Both the position numbers and the translations under genes were made by a program. The notes below the pieces were generated by a model, which did not search any database, was not told where the DNA came from, and saw only the letters and a list, made by a program, of their open reading frames with translations. A stretch of DNA of 63,182 bases, the filler included, from Octopus bimaculoides (Eukaryota), in assembly GCF_001194135.2 (NCBI RefSeq). It is 4 parts of 4 records of this genome, joined end to end, with 100 filler letters (N's around TTAATTAATTAA, not from the genome) between each part and the next. Parts side by side here need not be neighbours in the genome. Positions count along the whole stretch, not along the records: positions 52,057 to 63,182 come from NC_068987.1; 3 more parts are not named here. One strand, 5' to 3'. Below are positions 52,129-63,182 of this stretch, in pieces. How positions within the stretch are numbered: the stretch's first letter is position 1; the number at the start of each line of letters is the position of its first letter.

Positions 52129-53234
52129 AATATATTTTGGGGAATAAATGATGGATTTTTCCCTTATGACGTTTTTCCCCGCTAACTACTTGATAAATTC
52201 TTATAAAAGACTTTATCCTATTATTGAATTAATTAAATATATATATATAATACAGGAAATTGGAAATGTTTTGGTATTATTTATTCACCATTACACATGT
52301 TTCATTTGCCAATAAGAATTACAAAGTTCGACGTTAGATAGATATGTACAGAATTTCCTATAAGAAATTCTTCAGAGAGAGAATTTAAATAATACAAATT
52401 TTATGTTTGGTTGAAGTGTTTATATTTAGAAAGTAATCATGAGCAGCATAGACAGCCCAGGTGAAGGGGGAAAAATGAAACACACAAATATACCAGTACA
52501 TATACACATTTTCCCTAACTACCAACACTGTGTGCATGTGTGTGTGTGTGTGTGTGCCAAATCACTGCAGTGTTTAGTTATCAGTTAATAAAAGTACATG
52601 TCCATGACATAAGTTATGCAAATAAGTTATGCAAATAAGTCATGCAAATTCACGGGTGGATGGAGACTTTTAGAAATGTACAAAATACATGCAGTAAGTG
52701 GAGGGGGAAAAAGAAAATCAGTATATTAAGATGCAACAACAGCTTGTTTAGGGGGAAGAAAATGAGAAGACAAAATGTTTGTAGAAATAAATGATGATAA
52801 ACAGAAGCGTTGTTGGCTGTAACCAGTACAATGCTGACAAGATGGTGACTGCCAAAGATAAAGAAATGTTAACTATGGCCAATATTGAAGAGCCGTCAAT
52901 TGCTGAAGGCAATGAAATGTCAACTGTGGATGGCATTGAAGAGTAAGCTGGTAGATGCTGAATGCTAATAGCCGTCAATAGTTGAAGTTGCAGTGGAAAG
53001 TCCACAGACAAGGGCTGTGAAAACAGCAAGGACAGTAAAAGAAAAAGAAAATGGATGGAAGAGATATAGAGGAATATAAAAAGAAATCTTTAATTCTATA
53101 ACAGTTGTGTTAAAGGGAGATGAATTAGCAATAACAAAAATGGGTATCGCAATTGACTCAGTGTGTTCTACAGATGTGGAGAAAAATCACTTGATATTGC
53201 AAGCATAGCCGTCAGGGAGATATAGTGGGCCTAT

Positions 53235-53400
53235 GAGTGCAGGTGTGGGCTGTGTGGTAAGATGTATGCTTTCCAAACACATGGTTCTGAGTTCAGTCCC
53301 ACAACATGGCACTTCTGACAAGTGTCTTCTTTTAGAGCCCGAAGCTGACAAAAGTCTTCTGAGTGGATGTGATAGACAGAAACTGATAAAGGTCTGTTGT
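53235..53400 (+). mobile_element. 5' module of family C SINE followed by a (TG/TGCA)n tract
   Basis: gcaggtgtgggctgtgtggtaagatg..gagttcagtccc. Further partial heads at 53640-53750 and 54020-54085. Confidence 0.8.
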
Positions 53401-54331
53401 GTGTGCATGTGTGTGTGTGTGTGTGTGTGCATGTGTGTGCGTGTGCATGCATGTGTGTGCGTGTGCATGCATGTGTGTGCATGTGTCTGTGTGTGTCTGT
53501 GTGTGCATGTTCATGTGTGAGTGTGTGTATGTGTGCATGTGTGTGTGCACATGCGTGTGTGTGTAAGAATGTTTGTGAGCGTGTGCATGTGTGCACAGGA
53601 ATGCTTGTCTCTTGACTCACTGTCATGTAATAGATGTAAAATGACTGAGTTCAGTCCCACTATGTGGTACCTTGGGCTAGTGTCTTCTATTATAGCCCCA
53701 GGTTGACTAAAGCCTTGTGAGTAGATGTGGTAGACAGAAACTGGGTAAGCCCTATCATATGTGTGTATGTGTGTGTTTGTGTGTATGTGTGTGAGGTTGG
53801 GAGATTAGCTTTTAATCAGTGTTGCTCTGGTGTCATTGATAATTAGTTCTTTCTAATTAAGCCATTTACACTATTCATGATAGTTAATCTTGTCTCACCA
53901 TGTCGTCATTATACATATCTATTTCATTGATAAACGTTTGATAGATTTCTGGAACACAGTTCCAGAATGATACATCATTAAGTAATATTGGTAACCACCA
54001 GCACCAGCACCACCATCACCATAGCCCCAGGTTGACTAAAGCCTTGTGAGTGGATCTGGTAGAGAGAAACTGGAAAAACCCTATCATACATGTGTGTGTG
54101 TGTGTGTGGCTCTTGACTTGACGTAGTATGTCAACTGTAAAATGATTGTCACTCTCATACAAACAGTGGTATTCATTTCCAGTGTTCTGTGAGAACATGC
54201 CTGGCCAAGGGGGAATATTACTTTGCTTGGAAACAAGTGAGGGTTGGTGCAGGAAGGGCATCTGGCTGTCGAAAAATCTGCTTCAATGAATTATGTTCCA
54301 CTTATGCAAGCATGGAAAAGTTGGTGTTAAA

Positions 54332-54398
<67 letters not shown>

Positions 54399-55412
54399 CG
54401 ACGACGACAATGATGACGATGATGATGATGATGGTGGAGGGCAGAATGTGGTGGTTGTGGTGGTGGTGGTGGTGGTGGTGGTGGTAGTGAGAGCAGTGGT
54501 GGGAGCTGTGGTGGTGGAGGCAGTGGTGGGGGCAGGTTGTTGGTGGTTATGATAATGATGATGATGATGATGATGATGATGAATTCGATGATGATGATAG
54601 CGACGACAACAACGATAACAACGACAATGATGATGACGATGATGAAGGAACGGAGAGACAACCTTCAAAGTGAGGTAGGAATTAATAGACAGCAGGAAGT
54701 TGGTAAGCTTTGATAAAAATGTCTGTGAAGTTTATAGATGTACAGAAGACGCAATGGAAAGAACACAAGAGAAACTTTGGAAACCGGGAAAATTATATCA
54801 AAAGCATTGCTTATGGGAAATCCATCATCACTAATCTGCATTTGGACAACAAGGTTTTTTGGAAGGGGTGAGATCAGATGACCAATCGAATTCAAGAAGA
54901 ATTAGCAGGAAGAATTTGCTGTTGTTCTTTCGCTCCAAGTAGACTTTCATCAAGCAAAACCTATAATCAATGCCATGTCAGCTCTGATCAGCCAAATATT
55001 TTTTCAAGATATAACTTATCTAGGCTTGTATAAGCTAGATGTCCTTCACTTGTTAAAACAGCAGGATGTAATTTGCAGAAGATTTGGGAGCTCTTTTTAG
55101 CAGGTTAAATGACAGCATAGTCTTTGGCATTGGCACATGGTAATCATCATCATCATCATCATCATCAGTAGCAGCAGTGGCAGTGGCAGTAGCAACAGCA
55201 TTTTAACATCGATTTTTCTATACTTGCTCCATGGGGTCGAATAAAATCTCTGGAGGATGCCTATCCTGTCACCAACTCTCATCTGTTTCCATGGAAGATT
55301 TGAAAGAAAAAGAAAAACAGCGTGTTAGGTAATGATGACTGGTACACAAAATCAAGATAAGAACATGCATGCACATATTATATATAGGTGTGTGTGTGTA
55401 TTCATACATATA

Positions 55413-55628
55413 CAAGGGGTGCTGAAAAGTTCCTGGTTTGTGGTAAAAGAAAATACAGGAGAATCAGTTAATTATGATTTTATTCAACATATTCCCTTTT
55501 GAGATCCACACACTTATTGCAGCAATCCTTCAGTTTTTCTAAGCCCTGTGAAAGAACTCAAAAGGTTGGGCCTCTAACCAGTCTTTTTGAGGTACCCTTA
55601 AAACCTGCAACTTTTCAGTAGCCACTCA
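55413..55628. mobile_element. ~216-bp mariner-derived MITE (same family as 21935-22151, opposite orientation)
   Basis: TIR caaggggtgctgaaaagttcctgg with TA flanks. The internal sequence is the reverse complement of the other copy. Confidence 0.85.
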
Positions 55629-55654
55629 TATATTACTCTTTTACTCTTTTACTC

Positions 55655-55862
55655 TTTCACTTGTTTCTGTCATTTGACTGTGGCCATGCTGGAGCACTGC
55701 CTTTAGTCGAGCAAATCAACCCCAGGACTTATTCTTTGTAAGCCTAGTACTTATTCTATCAGTCTCTTTTGCTGAACTGCTAAGTTACAGGGACGTAAAC
55801 ACACCAGCATCGGTTCTCAAGTGATGGTGGGGGGACAAACACAGACACACAAACACAGATAC

Positions 55863-55870
<8 letters not shown>
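55655..55870 (-). mobile_element. 3' module of family C SINE
   Basis: Homologous to 16078-16250 and 44768-44945. Confidence 0.85.
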
Positions 55871-55905
<35 letters not shown>

Positions 55906-56187
55906 NNNNNNNNNNNNNNNNNNNNNNNNNNNNNNNNNNNNNNNNNNNNNNNNNNNNNNNNNNNNNNNNNNNNNNNNNNNNNNNNNNNNNNNNNNNNNNN
56001 NNNNNNNNNNNNNNNNNNNNNNNNNNNNNNNNNNNNNNNNNNNNNNNNNNNNNNNNNNNNNNNNNNNNNNNNNNNNNNNNNNNNNNNNNNNNNNNNNNNN
56101 NNNNNNNNNNNNNNNNNNNNNNNNNNNNNNNNNNNNNNNNNNATGGTGGGGGGACAAACACAGACACACAAACACAGATACATATAC

Positions 56188-56218
<31 letters not shown>

Positions 56219-57299
56219 TTTATATGTAAAGTGTCAGGTCACTTATGAGGTTTCTCATAACTGCTACTGGTAACATGGTATCCAGCACAACCTGTTACAT
56301 GGTCACATAGTTAGTTGGTGACTAAACTGGCACCCACTAGGTTTACCTAATGAGGATGGTTATGAGAAAGCTAGCAGAGTTAAAAACAAGCCTTGTCAAA
56401 AGGACAGAGAAGAGGGACACAAAGGAAGTGAAATAGAAGAGAAAACGTGAGAGAGATACATAAACCCAAATAAAATTTCATGCATAGATACATAGACACA
56501 GCAAATATTGGATGTCAATTTCACTTTTCATTACCACACAAGGATAAAATTAACTCACAAATGGCTGAGTACTTCACAGACATGCATAACATTAATGTAA
56601 TTCCCAGGGAGATTCAGCCTCACACAGAATATGACAAGGCTGTCTCCTTTGAATTAGAGCTACAACTCGAGACATATATATATATCTATATATATCTATA
56701 TATATATATATATATATGAATGTATTAGACAGGTTTTGTTTAGGATACTGTATCCAATATTTGCTGTAGTTGAAAACACAAACAAACACCAACTTCCTTT
56801 GAGGTTCTTTGAATATGTACGGTGTATTTTAAGGTTAAATAATGATTGTGTTTATGTTTGTGTAACTGAGATATTTTATTCCACATCTCTCTTGTGTTTA
56901 CAAGGATTTAGGCAGCAGAAATACTGAAGAGAGAATCTAGTGCCACCTAGTGATTATAGTTTTAAAAGCCCATAACTCTGAAACTACTTCAATTAGAAAG
57001 TTGAAATTTCAGATATACTATTTCTGCATTGCATTGAGTCAGCACACCAAGTTTGGTAAAAACTTGAGCAGGAGTCATGAACCCCACAAGAATTTTGCAT
57101 GATTTGAGCCTAAAGTGGTGACTGATTTCTTAAGTTGGGGTGATTTTTTTTCAAATAATGCAAAATAAATGTTAGTTTCCTGGCTCTTATAAAATTATTC
57201 ATCGAATTACAGTATAGGGTTATGAGGTAATAAAAAGTCATAGCCCTAATGTATATATATATACATACATGTGTGTGTGTGTGTGTGTGTGTATGTGTG

Positions 57300-58720
57300 T
57301 ATCCATCCAGTCTATCATCAACGTCTATGATGAATTTTCATTAATCAAATTTCTCCACACAGAGTGATCACTAGCTTCCTGGTACCACTTGTCAGTGAGG
57401 ATTGATAAATCTTTTATATTCTACTTAACAGTGTCTTTGAATCTCAAGTTTTGTCTACCAACGTTTCAATTACTATCTGACTTTCTTTTTGGAGTCTATT
57501 ATCAACAAGTCTGGCAATGTGATCTGTCAAATGGAAATTTCTCTGCACTGATAGAGGCATGGGTTGAAAGCCAGCCTTCCTAACGACTTCAGAATATGAG
57601 ATATGCAGCCACTATTTGATGTTCTTGATAGCTCTCAGATGCCACATGACAAAGGCACTGATTTCTTTTGACTAGTGTTTTGTAAACTGTCCATGTTCCT
57701 GCACCATACAGTAAAGTTGAGATGACAATGGCTCTATATTCTTTACATTTTACTTTCATTGAGATGTTAAAATTTTTCCATAGATGCTCAGTAAGATGTC
57801 CAATCAGAGATGAAGCTTTAGCTATATGATTTTTGAGCTCATTATCTAATTTATTGTCACTTGATACAATACTACAAAGATAAATAAAATGAATGATATT
57901 GTTTTGTGTGATTTCATCTAAAACTATATTGTCAGCTGCCATATTTGTGATGATGGCTGAAAAAGTACCTCAGTCTTTTTCAAATTGATTTGTAGGCTGA
58001 AGTCACCTGCAGATTCAGCAAATGCACAGGCCATTTTTTTTAAAGTTTGCATGTAAGTGTGCTAAGCAGCTAGTGTCATCACAAACGATAGAGTTTTGTC
58101 TTTGACTTTGATTTCAGTTTGGACAGATTACATAGGTTAGCACCAGAGTTTGTTAGTATTAATACACCTTTGTCTATGTTAATAAATGCATCCTTTATAA
58201 CTGCAGAGTGATATATAAACTGACAAGCATAGGGACCAAAACTCAACCCTGCTTAATGCTATTCATAATTTCAAATGGTAAGAGAGTTAATTGCTCATGC
58301 TAATCCTAGTATTCATACCCTGATAGAAACCTTTCACAAGTTTCACAAACTTCTCAGGACACCCATAGTCACTCAAAACCTGCTAAAATTCCTCTATGTT
58401 TATTGTGGCAAATACTTTCTTAAAATCAATGAAGGCAGCATACATTGGCATATTCTGTTCCATGCACTATTTTTGAGTTTGGTGAAATGTGAAGATCCTG
58501 TTGACAGTGCTTCATTAAGCTTTGAATCCACATTGTGTTTCGGGGAATTTTCCAATGAAGTGTGGCTGTTAAGTTTGTCCAAGAGTATTCTGGCAAACAC
58601 TTTTCCTGGAATTGAAAGTAAGGGAATTCCTCAATAGTTTCTAGTCAGCCTGTCTTCTTCTTCCTTAAAAATGGTAACTACATAATCATCCTTCCATTCT
58701 TGTAGAATCTCAAATTTGAT
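57300..58720 (-). mobile_element. RTE-clade LINE, ~1.4 kb of RT and 3' region, decayed
   Basis: WKDDYVVTIFK..NY*GIPLLSIPGKVFARILL, SIKQG*VL, FIYLCSIVSSD..IAKASS..LLYGAGTWT and GRQNLRFKDTVK. Confidence 0.88.
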
Positions 58721-60083
58721 CATATTTTAGTCATTAATTCCAGATAGGTTTCTTTCAATTTCTGTCTACCAATTCCTCGCACATGGCTTTGGTTGGCCTT
58801 GTGAAAGGATTTGGTAAAAGATACTTGCTCAAGGTGCCACTAAGTGAAACTAAACCAAGCTTCTTCACCATTCATCTATATCTGCAACTAGAGTTTATAT
58901 TAATCAGTTATGACTTTAAGAAATAATTCATACTTATTCATTTAAGCAATGGGGTGGGGTATAAAATTCTTCTTTCTATGTTTTTATTTAGCCTTCCTTT
59001 TAAAGATATGGTTTCTTTTTTTGTTGTCTTTCTTTAGTTTCTTTTGAATATCAGATATTCAGAATTTGCAAGAAATTCGATATTTAAAAACAATTTTTTT
59101 CAGCAATAAATAAAAGTGATTTTATCTATTCAGAAAAATATTTAAGTTTCCGCAGAAACATTTAAGTTTCTAAATATTTTTTTAAGCAATAAATAAAAGT
59201 AATTTTATTTCAAAAATTTCTAAGAAATAACATCAGTCCAATGTTTCACAAATACGTTTATACATTATATTAATTACATAGATAAAGTACATGATTATCT
59301 TGTAATAATTCTTATTAGTTTTTAAAGTAATAACGGAACGTGTTGTGTATTCAATAGGATGAAGACCCTCTTTGGTCATGAATGTCCATGGGATTGTACC
59401 TAGAAAGTTACCCGCCAAGGCACAAGTCCAAGTAAGGTTGTTTATAGAAGACCCATGCATACCAGCTTCTCATCTCCATACCATTGATGTTATCTGAGGA
59501 AAAGGCAAAGGCAGATACAGCCTGGCACCAGTGTCATCGCAACACCTTTCTACAGCTGAATGAACTAGAGCAACGTGAAATAAAGTGTCTTGTGTTCAAT
59601 AACAAAAGCATTAATATTCTTCTCAGTCATGGCTATGTGGTTAAGAAGTTACTTTTCCAGCCATATGCTTTCAGGTTCAGTCCCACTGAAGTTCCAGTCC
59701 CCTTGGGTAAGTGTCTTCTGCTAGGCTGACCCAAAGCCTTGTGAGTGAATTTGGTTGAGGAAAATTGAATGAAGCTCATCATAAATATGTTTGTGTGTAT
59801 GCATATTTGTATGTGTGTATATGCATAAGTGTGTGAGTGTGTGTGAATGTGTATGTTTGTGTCTCCTTCTCCTGTGATTGCTGTAAATTCTTTTATTCTG
59901 TTATTCTTCTACTTGTTTCAGTCATTTGACTGTGGCCATGTTGGAGCACTGCCTTAAAGGGTTTAGTCGAAGAAATCAACCTCAGGTTTTATTCTTTGTA
60001 AGCCTACTACTCATTCTATTGGTCTCTTTTGCCATGGTGATGGTGATGGTGGTAGGGATACACAGACAGACAGACAGATTGAC

Positions 60084-60119
<36 letters not shown>

Positions 60120-60775
60120 CACTCACAATGTTACCATTTGAATAGAATATGTTTCTTCAAGGAGGTCTAATAGTATTGAAACATATCCATTATTTTCAAC
60201 CATTTTTCTTTAAAGACCAGATCCATTCCAATCTGTTTTGTTTACATTGTCCCAAAATTTTGATCAATTAATCCTGTCAGTGTTATTCCTCTTGTTTATT
60301 GTTTTCCTGGATTTTGAACACCTGTAGAGGAAATCTCGAGTTTTCAATTCACAAGTTTTTCAATTTCACATGCAAGAATTTATTGAGTTTAATGCATCAA
60401 ATCAAAGAAATAGAAGAGCAAGTCTATTAATTAGTATCCCTGAACATTGAAGAAAGTCTTACTCATTTACCATTATCATTTGTCTTAATCATGGTAATTT
60501 GTATAACCTAGAGTGTAATTAATGGATCGTAGGAATATTCTGAATGCTGAATCAACCCTAAACACCCGTTCATTTGTTAAGAATGAAGGTAAGATTGCAT
60601 TGGGATAATAAAACAGGAGCAGCATCCCTGAATAGGAATTGTATTCTTTTATTCTTTTATTTGTTTCAGCCATTTGACTGTGGCCATGCTGGAGCACTAC
60701 CTTGAAGGGCTTTAGTCAAACAAATCGACACCTGAATTTATATTTTTTAGCTTAGTACTTATTCTGTCGATATCT

Positions 60776-61328
60776 TTTTATAGAGAACCCATTTCTCATT
60801 ACCAGTCACTATTCAGTCCAAAAAAGGTTCATTCGTGAGATGTGACAACAAAGAAGAATACACATTCACTCTCTGTGCATGATTAAAATGGTTGAATGAC
60901 CAAATCCAAACTTCTCTGCTAGTTCCTCAACAGTTACAATGGGATTTTGTTCCACCTGGGTTTGCAGGATGTCCTCATCAAGTTTTACTGATCTTTCAGG
61001 ATGCGGCTCGTCTTCTGTAGCTGTAGTTTCCAGCTTGGAATTTCTGGAACCACTGTTGATACTGGCTTGTGCTTATTATACGATCCCCATATACTGCATT
61101 AATATTCCTCACACTTTCCATTGTGTTGCCTTTATTGAACTTATAAAGCAAAATATGCCGAATATGCTCCTTTGTCACTTCCATTATAGCTTTGAAAAAA
61201 TAACTGTTAAAATAGAACTGCCCTCTTCAAAACTTGCACTGAGAATAAAACCAAGGTAAAATTACTACCTGCTTTTATAGCAAGTTGATGCAATTGAAAA
61301 ACCGCATCATGTATGGGATGACTCAGTA
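60776..61328 (-). mobile_element. Mariner 5' half (same family as 38240-38969)
   Basis: Left TIR tactgagtcatcccatacatgatg, MEVTKEHIRHILLYKFNKG..QQWFQKF and VTGNEKWVLY (first catalytic D mutated to N). It ends against a SINE 3' module. Confidence 0.88.
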
Positions 61329-62500
61329 CTGGTTGTAATAACCGACTAAGGGATATAAACTATCAGTATCCATTATTATCCCCGGGCATTGGTGTGCAGG
61401 CACACCATGCACGTAGAGTGCAGGTAACAACAGGATGCAAATAATCAGAAAATGGAGTAAACCTCAGATTAATAAAATATATATATTAAATGATTGATAT
61501 GGAAGATTGAGTGTACTGGAAGCTTTATTAAGCACAACGATCATTTCAGCTTATTTCTACTCTGCTCCCTAGCAGTTGGGGAGCAATATAATGGAATCAG
61601 ATGCACCCCATAGTGCAGAAGAAACCTTCTTGGGGTACATAATAGTCTTCAGTATTATAAGATGTACATTTTGGTAATATGCACGTTTGTAGTAGTTCAC
61701 AAATACATTAATGAGGCAGGATGGCTGGTGTATATTCTGAGAGTGGTTGGTAACGAATACAAAAACATATATATATATATATATATATATATANNNNNNN
61801 NNNNNNNNNNNNNNNNNNNNNNNNNNNNNNNNNNNNNNNNNNNNNNNNNNNNNNNNNNNNNNNNNNNNNNNNNNNNNNNNNNNNNNNNNNNNNNNNNNNN
61901 NNNNNNNNNNNNNNNNNNNNNNNNNNNNNNNNNNNNNNNNNNNNNNNNNNNNNNNNNNNNNNNNNNNNNNNNNNNNNNNNNNNNNNNNNNNNNNNNNNNN
62001 NNNNNNNNNNNNNNNNNNNNNNNNNNNNNNNNNNNNNNNNNNNNNNNNNNNNNNNNNNNNNNNNNNNNNNNNNNNNNNNNNNNNNNNNNNNNNNNNNNNN
62101 NNNNNNNNNNNNNNNNNNNNNNNNNNNNNNNNNNNNNNNNNNNNNNNNNNNNNNNNNNNNNNNNNNNNNNNNNNNNNNNNNNNNNNNNNNNNNNNNNNNN
62201 NNNNNNNNNNNNNNNNNNNNNNNNNNNNNNNNNNNNNNNNNNNNNNNNNNNNNNNNNNNNNNNNNNNNNNNNNNNNNNNNNNNNNNNNNNNNNNNNNNNN
62301 NNNNNNNNNNNNNNNNNNNNNNNNNNNNNNNNNNNNNNNNNNNNNNNNNNNNNNNNNNNNNNNNNNNNNNNNNNNNNNNNNNNNNNNNNNNNNNNNNNNN
62401 NNNNNNNNNNNNNNNNNNNNNNNNNNNNNNNNNNNNNNNNNNNNNNNNNNNNNNNNNNNNNNNNNNNNNNNNNNNNNNNNNNNNNNNNNNNNNNNNNNNN

Positions 62501-62557
<57 letters not shown>

Positions 62558-63046
62558 CTTATATGCTCACATACTCATGCGAACCTGAAACTAATACCAG
62601 CTACAGTTTGACAAAATGAAAATGGCACATTAAAATCAAAAATTACCAAAGTAACAGGTTAAATAGTTACAAAGGAAAGTCCTGATAACTATTTAAAAAT
62701 CACATATATTGGGTTTCAGTTGAATTGTCTGCAACAAGCTGAAGGAGGGCTGTTTAAGTATTTTTGGCGCTTAAATAATAGATAGCATATCTTACAAAAT
62801 AAAAGTGAAATGAATATAATGATAAATGTGTGTTTTTAATTGCTTTATAATGACACTTCTATAATGCAAGTGTTTAAGTTTGAACTCCAGTCAAGTCCTG
62901 CATTTCTCAAATACAGCTCAGAAGTGAAGAGAGTGGGTGGGGGAAGAAGAAGGGGAACTAGAAAGGGGTGAAGAAAAAAGAGAAGGAGAGAGGGCAAGAG
63001 GAAAAGAGAGAAAGAGAGATCTGCATCTAGAAAAAATCAGCAAAAT

Positions 63047-63081
<35 letters not shown>

Positions 63082-63182
63082 TGTTTCTTTATTAGCCACA
63101 CAGGGCTCAACACAGAGGGGACAAAATACAAATGTAGAGTTTTTCTTTTCGAGGGGGTCGAAAACAAAGCAGAAAAAAAAAA

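Noticed and set aside
55821-56215. Duplicated atggtggggggacaaacacagacac segment on both sides of a gap
   Set aside because: Typical contig-end overlap around a collapsed (TA)n, so most likely an assembly artefact.

Overview
Repeat-dominated, AT-rich animal genomic DNA. It is probably octopus (inferred from recalled octopus-type tRNA-SINE sequences, very dense AT/GT/GATA/trinucleotide microsatellites and many N gaps). I find no confidently supported host protein-coding gene, and nearly all ORF-track entries are microsatellite, gap or TE artefacts. Recognisable content: decayed LINE fragments (CR1/L2-like, RTE, R4/Dong-like); Penelope-like elements (PLEs), including a ~2.2 kb Naiad-type RT+GIY-YIG copy; three mariner relics; several MITEs; many copies of about four tRNA-derived SINE families; a decayed 5S rRNA copy; and three or four PLE-type minimal hammerhead ribozyme motifs. 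The most interesting observations are a tRNA-headed SINE-like element ending in a hammerhead, a 5S rRNA copy joined to a SINE/LINE 3' tail, and a 5 x ~130 bp tandem array of SINE-head (Pol III promoter-like) units with oligo-T runs. Three identical N44-TTAATTAATTAA-N44 linkers are artificial, so the window is probably four joined pieces and adjacency across them is unproven. TE family assignments come from recalled protein motifs, not database searches, and most boundaries are approximate.
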